Shown here piece by piece: positions 46,001 through 58,086 of a stretch of 64,000 nucleotides of DNA. The stretch's first letter is position 1, and every line of letters starts with the position of its first letter. The notes below the pieces were generated by a model. That model did not search any database, had not been told where the DNA came from, and was given only the letters and a program-made list of their open reading frames with translations. This DNA is from Macrostomum lignano (taxonomy: Eukaryota): contig NIVC01000982.1 in assembly GCA_002269645.1 (NCBI GenBank), positions 1 to 64,000 on the forward strand, read 5' to 3'. The position numbers and the translations under genes are program-made.

Positions 46001-47030
46001 TGTCCACCTGTCAGAGTAGTTTCTACCTGTCAGAGTAGTGTCTACTTGTCAGAGTAGTTTCTACCTGTCAGAGTAGTGTCTACCCGTCAGTAGTGTCTAC
46101 CTGTCAGAGTAGTGTCTACCTGTCAGAGTAGTTTCTACCTGTCAGAGTAGTGTCTACCTGTCAGAGTAGTGTCTACCCGTCAGAGTAGTTTCTACCTGTC
46201 AGAGTAGTTTCTACCTGTCAGAGTAGTGTCTACCTGTCAGAGTAGTGTCTACCCGTCAGAGTAGTTTCTACCTGTCAGAGTAGTGTCCACCCGTCAGAGT
46301 AGTGTCTACCCATCAGAGTAGTGTCTACCTGTCAGAGTAGCATCTACCTGTCAGAGTAGTGTCTACCTGTCAGAGTAGCATCTACCTGTCAGAGTAGTGT
46401 CTACCTGTCAGAGTAGCATCTACCTGTCAGAGTAGTTTCTACCTGTCAGAGTAGTGTCTACTTGTCAGAGTAGTTTCTACCTGTCAGAGTAGTGTCCACC
46501 TGTCAGAGTAGTGTCTACCTGTCAGAGTAGTGTCTACCCGTCAGTAGTGTCTACCTGTCAGAGTAGTGTCTACCTGTCAGAGTAGTTTCTACCTGTCAGA
46601 GTAGTGTCTAGATCCGCAGAATGGCTTCAATGCTAGCTTTCGAGGGCCACCCTCTGAGGCCCAGAGAGTGTACATGTCTGACGGTGGACTGTTGGCTTGA
46701 TTAGCCGTTAAAGTGCAGAATAACAAACTTAGCTAACTAATAACTATAAATCTCAGGTACCCGAGTCGGGAGTTTCAGCTGCCCTGGCTGCGCAACTACC
46801 TGCAGTACAGGGACGGCTTCCTTGGCGGTGGCGGAGCGGACTCGCTGGACTCTCGAGTTGAGCAGCTCTACAGGGAGGTGACCAAGTTTTCTCTGGCCTC
46901 GCATCTGCTCTGGGCCCTGTGGGCCCTGGTGCAGGCCAGGCACTCCACCATCGATTTCGACTTTCTGGACTACGCCATCAGCCGCTACGGCGAGTATAAG
47001 GCTAAGAAGGCTGAGCGGCTGGCGTGCTGA
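43022..47030 (+). CDS. ETNK: Ethanolamine kinase (choline/ethanolamine kinase family), 364 aa
   Basis: join(43022-43396, 45306-45751, 46757-47030), GT-AG, phases 0 and 2. [20 protein letters not shown], Brenner-type [41 protein letters not shown]...IDFDFLDYA. Confidence 0.95.
43535..45270. repeat. Intronic minisatellite, 22-bp unit CTGTCATAAAACTGTCAGAAAG (dimer of 11-bp CTGTCA-N5)
   Basis: Fills ETNK intron 1. Confidence 0.94.
45808..46610. repeat. Intronic minisatellite, 19-bp unit CAGAGTAGTGTCTACCTGT
   Basis: Fills ETNK intron 2. Confidence 0.95.
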
Positions 47031-47114
47031 GGCCTTCAGACTGGCGCCTCTGCACCCTCAGTTCTGGCCTCCGGTTCTGACTGCATCCCGCTTCGTCAGT
47101 TTCTGCATACCGCC

Positions 47115-47285
47115 TTGACTCCTCTGCATCCTCCTCTCCTCCCTCTCCAGCCTCCTCCCTCTACATCTTCCTCTCCTCCCTCTGCACCTTCCTCTCCTCC
47201 CTCTGCATCTTCCTCTCCTCCCTCTGCATCTTCCTCTCCTCCCTCTGCATCTTCCTCTCCTCCCTCTCCACCTTCCTCTCTTCCT
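47115..47285. repeat. Pyrimidine-rich 21-bp repeat CCTCTGCATCTTCCTCTCCTC just 3' of the ETNK stop
   Basis: Several tandem units about 85 bp after TGA; probably in the 3' UTR. Confidence 0.8.
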
Positions 47286-47814
47286 TCAAATCTGTCAGTT
47301 AAGGTTTGGTTTTTGAGTTTTTGCCAACTCCAATTCAAACTGCCAGCTTTATTTCCTGTTAGGCTTAGATATTATTGACAATTGACAATTATGATTAATT
47401 TAATTGATTGGTGCAGCCTTGATATTTTTGCATGGTAATTACCTAGACTTTGAAATGAGTTTAATTAAATTAATTTATTATTGTTATTACTAATCCACAC
47501 AGTCGCATCATTTCCTTGCAATCTTACTCGATCTGTGCCTTGCTAAACTCTTGTCTTCTATGCTACTTACTGGCTGCCCTTTGTTAGTAGTGTGAGACCG
47601 AAATCTTATATGTTGAATGTTTATAATTCTTTAATCAAGCTAATAGAATTTTTTCTCAAATTTGAACTGTCCGAAGAGCTGGAAAAATTCATCTTTTTTA
47701 TTGCCTAAATTTATTTCATTGCCATCCGTCGATAAAAGCATCGAACTTGCTGTTTCTTGAGTTCTTTTTTTAGCTGCATGCAGATTCTCTGTATTGGCAG
47801 TGTTGAGACTCTAC

Positions 47815-48745
47815 TCTATAGGCAGATACCACTACTTTATAGGTAGACACTACTACTTTATAGGTAGACACCACTACTTTATAGGTAGACACTACTACTT
47901 TATAGGTAGACACCACTACTTTATAGGTAGACACTACTACTTTATAGGTAGACACCACTACTTTATAGGTAGACACTACTACTTTATAGGTAGACACCAC
48001 TACTTTATAGGTAGACACTACTACTTTATAGGTAGACACCACTACTTTATAGGTAGACACCACTACTTTATAGGTAGACACCACTACTTTATAGGTAGAC
48101 ACTACTACTATATAGGTAGACACCACTACTTTATAGGTAGACACTACTACTTTATAGGTAGACACCACTACTTTATAGGTAGACACTACTACTTTATAGG
48201 TAGACACCACTACTTTATAGGTAGACACCACTACTTTATAGGTAGACACTACTACTTTATAGGTAGACACCACTACTTTATAGGTAGACACCACTACTTT
48301 ATAGGTAGACACCACTACTTTATAGGTAGACACCACTACTTTATAGGTAGACACCACTACTTTATAGGTAGACACCACTACTTTATAGGTAGACACTACT
48401 ACTATATAGGTAGACACCACTACTTTATAGGTAGACACTACTACTTTATAGGTAGACACCACTACTTTATAGGTAGACACTACTACTTTATAGGTAGACA
48501 CCACTACTTTATAGGTAGACACTACTACTTTATAGGTAGACACCACTACTTTATAGGTAGACACTACTACTTTATAGGTAGACACCACTACTTTATAGGT
48601 AGACACCACTACTTTATAGGTAGACACCACTACTTTATAGGTAGACACTACTACTTTATAGGTAGACACCACTACTTTATAGGTAGACACTACTACTTTA
48701 TAGGTAGACACCACTACTTTATAGGTAGACACCACTACTTTATAG
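47815..48745. repeat. Minisatellite, 21-bp unit ATAGGTAGACAC(C/T)ACTACTTT
   Basis: About 44 units, degenerating further to ~48900; source of the VVSTYKV and GRHHYFI ORFs. Confidence 0.96.
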
Positions 48746-49141
48746 GTAGACACTCACTAATCTCTAAAGGTAGAAACCACTAATCTCTAAAGGTAGAAAC
48801 CACTAATCTCTAAAGGTAGACACCACTAATCTCTAAATGTAGACACCACTAACCTACAGGTAGACACTCCTTAATCTACAGGTAGGCACCGCTACTCTAT
48901 AGATGAAGTCGGTAAACTCTATAGACTCTAGGTAGAAGATACTATTATTCGGTTGAGCACTACTCTACACGCGGATATTAGTCCACTAGTAGGCACTAAA
49001 TCAGTGCAGTGCAAATAGACACCAATGCATTGTCAGGCAGTTCATCCAGCACAGAACGCCACTCTGCCCTGCAGACTATTATCGCTGTTATTTGCACCAG
49101 CTGGCAGCCACTTAGCAGTCGCGGCCCCTTCAATTCTTCAG

Positions 49142-49717
49142 GCGTCGTCAGGCAGCCGCGGTTCGACCCGGTCATCGGCCGCATCTGCTCAAATTCGACT
49201 GACCAGCCGCAGCCGTCAGCAGCAGCCGGCAGAGCAGCTGCAGCAGCCGCGCACCCGCAGCCAAAGAGCCTCCACGGGGACCCCCGCCACTCAGCAGCAG
49301 CGGCGATCGCGGCAGCAATCGTTGAAGCCGCCGCCGCCTCCGAGCTCCGATAGCGGCGCCAACTGCCGCGCCGAGGCCGCTACGTCAGGTCGCGGGCGCC
49401 GCCGTTGTCATGACAACAACGCCTCGACTGGCGGCAGAGTCGGCGCCAATGACGACAACGGTGAAGCCTCTGGCGGCAAGCGGAGCCGGCAGTCGGCCTC
49501 GATCTGCTGCCCGATCTGCCTGGACAGCCTGGACACCTTCGAGGACTCCGGCAAGCGCCTGGTGTCGGCCTACTGCGGCCACCTGTTCTGCTCGCTCTGC
49601 CTGGCTGCCGTGGAGGCGCGGCCGGCAGCTGACTGGGCCGCCCACTTCGGCTGCCCGGTGTGCCAGGTGCCGCTGAGGACGGGCGCCAGCCACCACCCGG
49701 TTTACTGGACCAGCTGA
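49142..49717 (+). CDS. RNF4-like RING (C3HC4) E3 ubiquitin ligase, terminal or only exon; start uncertain
   Basis: C-terminal ICCPICLDSL...GKRLVSAYCGHLFCSLCL...CPVCQVPL...HHPVYW parallels RNF4 (SCPICMD...GRLIVSTECGHVFC...CPTC...YHPIYI). Good acceptor TTCTTCAG at 49141; an in-frame ATG also exists at 49025. Confidence 0.75.
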   Translation, partial: ASSGSRGSTRSSAASAQIRLTSRSRQQQPAEQLQQPRTRSQRASTGTPATQQQRRSRQQSLKPPPPPSSDSGANCRAEAATSGRGRRRCHDNNASTGGRVGANDDNGEASGGKRSRQSASICCPICLDSLDTFEDSGKRLVSAYCGHLFCSLCLAAVEARPAADWAAHFGCPVCQVPLRTGASHHPVYWTS

Positions 49718-52432
49718 GCTCGACCAGCAGTCGCATTTACACACAGTCTCAAGCCTTTGTTTCCAGGCAGGAGAGGCCGTTCGGAACTCAACTGCCAACA
49801 ATTGTCAAACAATTTTATTTAATATTTAAACTCCCGTTTTTTATTCACCAGCTAAAAGGAAAATTATTTTCATTTTTCCGTTTAATTAAACGCACGCCTA
49901 ATCATAACTGCTTCATTGCTTGTGCATTTGTCACATTTGCTACTTTAAGTAGCCTAATAAGAGTGCGTGCAACGATATTCGAAGGTCCACTGTGACTTTA
50001 TTTATTTCGCGAGAATGATTTTTCTTCAAAATATGCAAGTTTTCTTTTTTGCTTTCTTTATTTTTTTGACAACAGTTGCATAAGACCGCAAATTCTAGAA
50101 TAACTAAGCATACCACTTGCAATTAAAGTTATGAAAAAAGTAGCTATAGCCTCTACTCTTTTTCAGTAGTTTGTCTGCGCAGTGTCATTTCAATTTAATT
50201 TTGAAGTTAAAATTTTCTTTCTTTAACCAGGGTTTGTGGCCTAAATGGGGTAGGAATAAACAGAAAACATTTAACTCGATGTACACAAGTGAATGCAAGA
50301 CGGACGAAACCCCGTCTACGGCAGGCCTCAGCCAATGTGGCTCAGCCAATGAGAGAGCAGTAAGGAGAGAGGTCAAAGTCAAATGAATGAAAATCAACCT
50401 AGGGACAGGCCCAATGTGGCTCATCCAATGAGAGAGCAGCAAGGAGAAAGAAAAAAGTCTGACATCTTTATTGGCCTGGCTGTGCAACCCCTTTTCTCTT
50501 GCTGGCTATGCACGCACTGTATTTGGTTTTTTCTGCAATCTTCAATATTAGTATATTTGTGTATATAACTGAAGCAGTGAGTATTTTTGCTTCATATCAT
50601 ACCTCAGCATTTCAGCATCATCTTATACAAGGGAAAGCATTTACAATCTACAGGGGAAGATTTTAAGCTACCTTACACTTCACGTAGCGCTCTCAATGCT
50701 CGGAATGTCGACACTGAAATATTCATGTCAGGAACTACTTAAGACTTGCTTGTAGCCTCGTGTTTGGCATTGTGACGCAATCAATTCCAAAGAATCCAGA
50801 CGGCTTTGGGCAGGATGTGGTGACAGTTGTACTTGGCAATGAGAAGCCCAATCGTGCTTTTTAGGGGACTGGACTCAACAAGCATCCTTACAGAAAGCGT
50901 CTCTTCTGAAGTTTAGAAAGAAGAAAAGAAGAAAAGAAAAGAAAAGAAAAAACTATAGACGACTCTAAAGCGACGAGATGTCACACTAAAATTTGCTAAA
51001 AAGTGGCCGGAGTCAATTTGAGGCGTTTTTACTGTCTGCGACTCTGAAACCACTCTGGAGCACTACTAAGAGTATAATGACTCTTCACTTTATGAATTAG
51101 AATTGCATTTCGCATTTATAACAACTCTATTTAGTCTACTTGAGTTAGTAGAGATTTAAGCGCAAACACGACTCTTGAATGATATTTTGAGACTCTTTCG
51201 ATTCTGAAACTCGCGTGATGCCTCTCAGTTAAATTACAGTCGTTTGAGTCGTTAAAGTGTTAAAAATTCGTCCCAGAGTCGCTAGAGTGAGTTGCTTGCA
51301 ATGACTCTTCAGCGATGCTTGTCACGGCTTGTAGTAGCAGTTTTCTAAAATTCAAAAGCCGCTAATTTCTCGTGCTTCAAGAGAATGGACCCCGGCTTGC
51401 TGCATCAGATCTAGTTCAGTAAAGGAAGGTTCTTTATCAGCGACCTCTAGTTTGTCGAGCATCCAGATGGCCCAGACCATCGAGCAACCATCAATACAGG
51501 TCGTGCAAATAAGGATAGACAACAGAACAAATATCATTTCCTTTTCTTTCCCAAGAATCTCTTTTTGGCCTCCCGACTATTTGCGCAGAGGTTAAAAACA
51601 AATTAGACGCAGCACCCAAGCTGCCCAAATCGATTTGATGTTGGTCAAACGGCGCCAATCCGTACGCTTTTAGTCTATTTAGTTCGGGGAACTTGTAACA
51701 GAAGCGAAAATGTTACTGTAAGTAATAAGAATAGATTAGAAGAGTATTTTAAGAGTGTTATTTGAGTCAAAATACAGAAAGCTCGATAACACAGTAAGCA
51801 ACCAGCTACGACTTAGGTAGGCCGCGTGCGCGCACTGAGCCCCGCGCTAAAACTGTGTTGTTTTGTGAAATTCGAAACCAAACTAGCCAAGTAAAGATTA
51901 AGGAAAAAACAGTTGTGCCGAAATTATCTATAGAAAGCAGCAAAGATCAGGATAGCCTTGGTTAACAATCAATAGAATCACAATATATATGCATAGCAGG
52001 GTACTCTTACCGAACCGTGCAGTATGGCACAGGTAGCAGACAGTAAGTTACAAATCTACCAATTTTATTTGCTGCATAGGAAATAATATGAAAAATTAGG
52101 GAAAGCAAAAACAGAGATTAATGTTAAAACAGGACAATACCATGCGGCGCAAACAGCAGAGCTGTTAATAGCAAATCCACAGAGCACGGAGAGGCGTATT
52201 AAAACAATTCAATTGCGAAAGAAAAAATCGAGGCAATGCAATAATTAAAAAAATATTTAAATTTGTGTGCCGACAATTGACAGCGCAGGTATTGCAACAA
52301 CTTGAGCTTGTTTCAATAATTAACTGTTTTTAAGTCATAGGTAATCTATAAGTAGATAAATTGAACTGATAAGGAAATTGCAGTAGTGTGTGAATCATAC
52401 ATACCTGCACTACTACTACTACAAAAAGAAAT

Positions 52433-52712
52433 GATAATAATAATTGATTACACCTGCCCTAATTGGGCCAGATGTGCAACCGACAGCATCTGAAGGCTGC
52501 GTACGGCTGTTCAGTCCAAGGACTGGGGAGTCGCCACGCACACTCTCAATTACCCCAGCTAATGCTGGCACCCATTTTACAGCTGGGTGAACTGAAGCAA
52601 TGCAGAGTTGAGTGTCTTGCTCAAAAACACAAATTATTCCGAGTGGGTCGAGAATCGAACCCCCAACCTTTCAGCCGTGAGTCCGACGCTCTGACCACTA
52701 CAACTACAACCT
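52433..52712 (-). mobile_element. tRNA-derived SINE, copy 1
   Basis: Minus strand: A-box-like GTAGTGGTCAGAGC, B-box GGTTCGATTCT, core TTGAGCAAGACACT...TTCACCCAGCTGTAAAATGGGT, tail (ATT)n. Homologous to 63605-63896. Confidence 0.85.
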
Positions 52713-53013
52713 CATACACTACTGCTACACTACTACTAGAATTTTAGGGTACATTGTGCCGTAATCAAGAAAATGATCAACACTATTTAGCTAACTTTTA
52801 GCTCGTACTACTAAGTAAAAGTAGTAAGGACAAGCACATTTTTAAATGACTAATTATCTGACTAGTTACCTAAACTACAGGTGGCAATTACTTAGTTAAA
52901 TAAAAAAGACAAGCAAAACAAGAGAAAACTTGCACCTCGCAAACCGGCTACTCATTAATATTATTATTACCGTAATTTTTTTATTATTACAGTCAAGTTC
53001 ATCAGCTTTCCTC

Positions 53014-56000
53014 TCATTCAGTCTTCTTACCGTTGCTACCATTAGCAACGTTATTGTTGACATGACCGTTGCCATTAGCAACGTTATTGTTGACATGACC
53101 GTTGCCATTAGCAACCGTATTTTTCTTAGCCAGCGAATAATCCGGCGTGAGCATTGGCGAATAGCGCAGCCTCACAGCTTCATCAATGTCAATGTCGCCA
53201 TTGACAGCGGCGGCAGCGGCGGCAGGCAGTTCGGAGGCGCCAGGCCGCTTGACCCGGGAGTAGGGCCCGATCTCGGGGTCGGTGATAAAGTCGTAAAGCA
53301 CGCGGGTCCACGAGCGATGGCAGGGCAGATTATCGTACCATTCGGGAGCGATGGCCCTCACCTGTGCGATATCGATTAGTGCAAAAATATGCATAATATT
53401 GCTTAACAAACAAATTCCCACATGCTCAGAATAAGGACTACTGAAGTTAAAAACAGGAAACCTCATTCTTATAGTTTTGAAGGCCGGTCTTTTGCAAAAA
53501 AGGCACTACAAAGACCATAAAGGTGTTCAATTTTGTTTCAATTTTCCTAGAAACCAAGTTTCCCGTTCTTGTGAATTCGTCCTTGATTTCAAATGCGAGC
53601 TAAAAACTCTCTGATTGAAATTTGCATAAAGATGGAGTCAGATTGCTTCTATACAGCTGTTTAAAATGCAACAATTTGTAACTGGCGACTGCATGTGGCT
53701 CAGCACCTCACGGGGAATTCATTTGACTTTTATCTCTGCCGCTTAATCCTTGAACTGCGGGCCTGGGACACAGAGACACTTAGCAACCCGCTGTAAACTT
53801 GCTATTTATTAAACTGAAAATATGTAGTTTAGCAGCCCTGCGTTTACAAATAACTTTTTCTATTTCAGACGGTTAAAACTGTAGATTAGCAAAAATAAGA
53901 GACAGATACAGTTCAGCAACGGGGGTGGTAGACCAGCAACTGAGGATGTGGGAGGCTGAACCAGCAACTGGGGATCTGGGAGGCTGAACCAGCAACTGAG
54001 GATGTGGGAGGCTGGCCCAGCAACTGACACTCTGGGAGGCTGGCCCAGCAACTGGGGATCTGGGAGGCTGGCCCAGCAACTGGGGATCTGGGAGGCTGGC
54101 CCAGCAACTGAGGATCTGGGAGGCTGGCCCAGCAACTGAGGATCTGGGAGGCTGGCCCAGCAACTGGGGATCTGGGAGGCTGGCCCAGCAACTGAGGATC
54201 TGGGAGGCTGGCCCAGCAACTGGGGATCTGGGAGGCTGGCTCAGCAACTGGGGATCTGGGAGGCTGGCCCAGCAACTGAGGATCTGGGAGGCTGGCCCAG
54301 CAACTGGGGATCTGGGAGGCTGGCCCAGCAACTGGGGATCTGGTAGGCTGGCCCAGCAACTGGGGATCTGGGAGGCTGGCCAGCAACTGGGGATCTGGGA
54401 GGCTGGCCCAGCAACTGAGTTCTGGCAGAGTTAGATTAAGTGATGCTTTAGGAGTTCACGGTGATATCAACGTAGTGGTTTTTGATTTGTAAACAAAAAT
54501 GATTTTCAAAGATTAGGGCAAATCTACCGCGCTGCCAGTGTTTGCCTCATCAATAAATATTAAATATGAAAGACAGTAAACAAAAGCCAACGAAATTAAA
54601 TTACAATTCAGTGCTAAAAAAATGAAATTGCCTAAATAGTCAATATTTACAAGAATGGATAATGCTTCAGATAAATAAAACTTAAAGCTGCAATGGTTGA
54701 TAAGTCCAGATCGAGGTTGCGTATTTGATAGTTATTACTGTTTTAGAATCTATATAACTAAATCTGAAAAGTTCCTTATATAAAAGAAACTAGCAGCTTA
54801 CATAGCGGACAGGCATACACAGAAGGTCGTCTCAGCGGAACTAAGGGGGCGGAGAAGGCGGGCTGAAGTGAAGACAGATAGCGGATAAGCTCGCTGACTG
54901 ACTCACTGGCAGCAGAGCAGGTAATTATCGGCAAGCATACAGTTGGAAATGATACACATAATCGCATACATATAACGGAAGAAGCCTATATAGAGTCACA
55001 TGATAAAGCAGTGAGACAAGTTCCGGGTAACAAAGTAATAAATAATTAAACAATTAGCAGTAAAAAACTTCTATTATTCGTCACTTACAACTTCAGTAGT
55101 TTTATAGAACTTCTGATTGGCTCATGCTAATGAGTCATTATCGATTTCTACGCTAGATGGTTTCTGATTGGCTAATGCTAATTAATCATTATCGATTTCT
55201 ATGCAAGATGATTTCTGATTGGCTCATGCTAATGAGTCATTATCGATTTCTACGCTAGATGGTTTCTGATTGGCTAATGCTAATTAATCATTATCGATTT
55301 CTATGCAAGATGATTTCTGATTGGCTCATGCTAATGAGTCATTATCGATTTCTACGCTAGATGGTTTCTGATTGGCTAATGCTAATTAATCATTATCGAT
55401 TTCTATGCAAGATGATTTCTGATTGGCTGATGCTAATGAATCATTATCGATTTCTATGCTAGATGATTTCTGATTGGCTGAAGCTAATGGGTCATTATCG
55501 ATTTCTATGCTAGATGATTTCTGATTGGCTGAAGCTGATGAGTCATTATCGATTTCTATGCTAGATGATTTCTGATTGGCTGAAGCTAATGGGTCATTAT
55601 CGATTTCTATGCTAGATGATTTCTGATTGGCTGAAGCTGATGAGTCATTATCGATTTCTATGCTAGATGATTTCTGATTGGCTGGACATAGTCTTCAATC
55701 AGTTGCTAGGAGACTCCTGACTGGTTCGATCGGGTAATCAATAACAGCTGGTAATCTGTGATTAAAATACATTACGAATAAACAGTCAAGGTAAATACAG
55801 CTTCTCTGCTCACCTTCGGCAGACGCGAGCCGGCCACGGACGGGAAATCGTGATGCTCATTGTGGTAGCCAACATTGAAGGTGATGCAGTTGAGCAAGCC
55901 GTAATAGCTGTAGGTTTCGTAGCCCTTCTTAAACATGTAGTGCTCGGAGATGAAGTGCCCAGCAACCGGGTGAATGCCCAGAGACAGCAGGGTGCCAACC

Positions 56001-57593
56001 ACCATATAGACCAGGGGCTTGAATCCTAGAAAGTACACCACCAGAACATCAAAACCGAGCTGTACAGCGATGTTGATAGCCTCCAGCTTGGTCATGGGCA
56101 TCGGATAGAGCACCAGCGGCCGAATGCTATAGAATAGCGGCTGCAGGAACAGCCAGATCAGCTTAGTGAAGCTGTTGCAGAACAGCATGCCCTCCATTCT
56201 GCTCGGCAAGTCCATGTCCCGCTTATCGTCACCTTGGTAGCGATGGTGCTCCAGATGATATTTCTTGAAGCTGACGCTGTAGGGAACTCCAATAGGCAGG
56301 TTGGCAAAGATGCCCAGAGCTCGATTGGCCATTGGCCGGGCGTGGCCGAATGCCAGATTATGCGAGATCTCGTGAATGGCCAGCGTCATTGAATGGTTAA
56401 TTGTGCCGCCGAGTACGTAGGAGAGAAGCAGCAACTGCCACCAAGGCGGATTCAGCTGGGCGATGGCAACAATGGAGGCCAGCTGGAAGGCCACCATGCC
56501 CAGTACGATCCATTTGAGCCGCGGGTCCGGGCCCATCAGCTCTTTGATCTCCGGGTGTTCGGCTGGACAAAATTTAAGATTTTAGTAAATTTTACTGGCA
56601 AAATGTTGCACCTGCCTACCTATTAAAATTCAGTAGTATGATGGGGTTTCTTCTGTTGCGGAACTCCGGCCCGCGAAGCTTTTCTATCCGGCCTCGGGTC
56701 CTTTAAAACTTCAAAATATAGCAAACCCGCCCAACGTTTACATCACTTCTCAAGCTCTCTTCTCTCCTCTACTCTCTTATCTTCTCTCCTCTTATCTTCT
56801 CTCCTCTTATCTTCTCTCCTCTTATCTTCTCTCCTCTCCTCTTATCTTATCTTCTCTCCTCTCCTATACTCTCTTCTCTCCTCTCCTCTTATCTTCTCTC
56901 CTCTTATCTTCTCTCCTCTCCTCTTATCTTATCTTCTCTCCTCTACTCTCTTATCTTCTCTCCTCTTATCTTCTCTCCTCTTATCTTCTCTCCTCTTATC
57001 TTCTCTCCTCTCCTCTTATCTTCTCTCCTTTCCTCTTATCTTCTCTCCTCTTATCTTCTCTCCTCTCCTCTCCTCTTATCTCCTCTCCTCTCCTCTTATC
57101 TTATCTTATCTTCTCTCCTCTCCTCTCATTTCCAATCCTCCATCCTCTCCTCTCATTTCTAATCCTCCATCCCCTCTCCTCTCCTCTCATTTCTAATCCT
57201 CCATCCCCTCTCCTCTCCTCTCATTTCTAATCCTCCATCCTCTCTCCTCTCCTCTCATTTCTAATCCTCCATCCCCTCTCCTCTCCTCTCATTTCTAATC
57301 CTCCATCCCCTCTCCTCTCCTCTCATTTCTAATCCTCCATCCTCTCTCCTCTCCTCTCATTTCTAATCCTCCATCCCCTCTCCTCTCCTCTCCGCTCTCA
57401 TCTGGCCCGCAGCCATGACACATTCATTGACTTCTATCAATTATTGATAGCAAATTTGAGTAATCTGCAACTTCGATCCAGGATGCCAAATGGCACAGCG
57501 ATGCAACTCACCAAGAATCAGCTTTCGCCTAGTAGCGTGCGGTTCCTCGGTATAAACCCATTCGAAATCGGTTCGCGACACTGACTGACCCAT
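53014..57593 (-). CDS. DEGS1: Sphingolipid delta-4 desaturase (dihydroceramide desaturase), 392 aa
   Basis: complement join(57512-57593, 55814-56562, 53014-53361), GT-AG, phases 1 and 0. [24 protein letters not shown], His boxes HEISH, HLEHH and [18 protein letters not shown]. The assignment is to the DEGS family; DEGS1 versus DEGS2 cannot be resolved. Confidence 0.96.
53932..54418 (-). repeat. Intronic minisatellite, 28-bp unit (same family as 35500-35822)
   Basis: TGGGAGGCTGGCCCAGCAACTG(G/A)GGATC repeated about 17 times in DEGS intron 2. Confidence 0.94.
55111..55683. repeat. Intronic minisatellite, 51-bp unit, with A/B dimer higher-order structure
   Basis: TTCTGATTGGCT recurs every 51 bp from 55111 to 55672 (12 copies); the first six units alternate two variants. 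Confidence 0.94.
56752..57392. repeat. CT-rich short-period repeats in DEGS intron 1
   Basis: CTCTCCTCTTATCTT-type units, then CTCTCATTTCTAATCCTCCATCC units. Confidence 0.9.
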
Positions 57594-58086
57594 CTGCAGT
57601 TTCGCTGGCTGGCGCGCAGAACACACGAATAAAATGAAACTCTTGGCTGAATGCTTTGAAGACGGTCGTTTTTATTCTTCTCTCTATTTCGTTCCCGACC
57701 TCTTATTTGCGCAGTGCTGAGCAGGGGGCTATTTATATCAGCAGCGCAAGACCAGATAATGTGAAACACATCGGACCATAATTATGAATTGCCGCACTAC
57801 AGTGCACGAGAGAAATGCTGTACATGGACTGGCTTAAGGCTATAATAGAATGGACACTTTTATACTCTTTTATCTATAGATATCTAATAGGCGTGCTATA
57901 CAAAGTATATCTTTGTGCAATGCCAGTGCACAGAACGCAAGCAGTCGGACCGACTCGGCAGGCGCGACGCAAACTGGTCTAGGCTGATTTAGTGGCTAAA
58001 GACAGAAGTAGAGACTGTAGAGTATTAGAAAAAAGTGGATGGACAGGATCCTGGAGATAAATAGCTCGTAGACAGAATGCTAGAGA

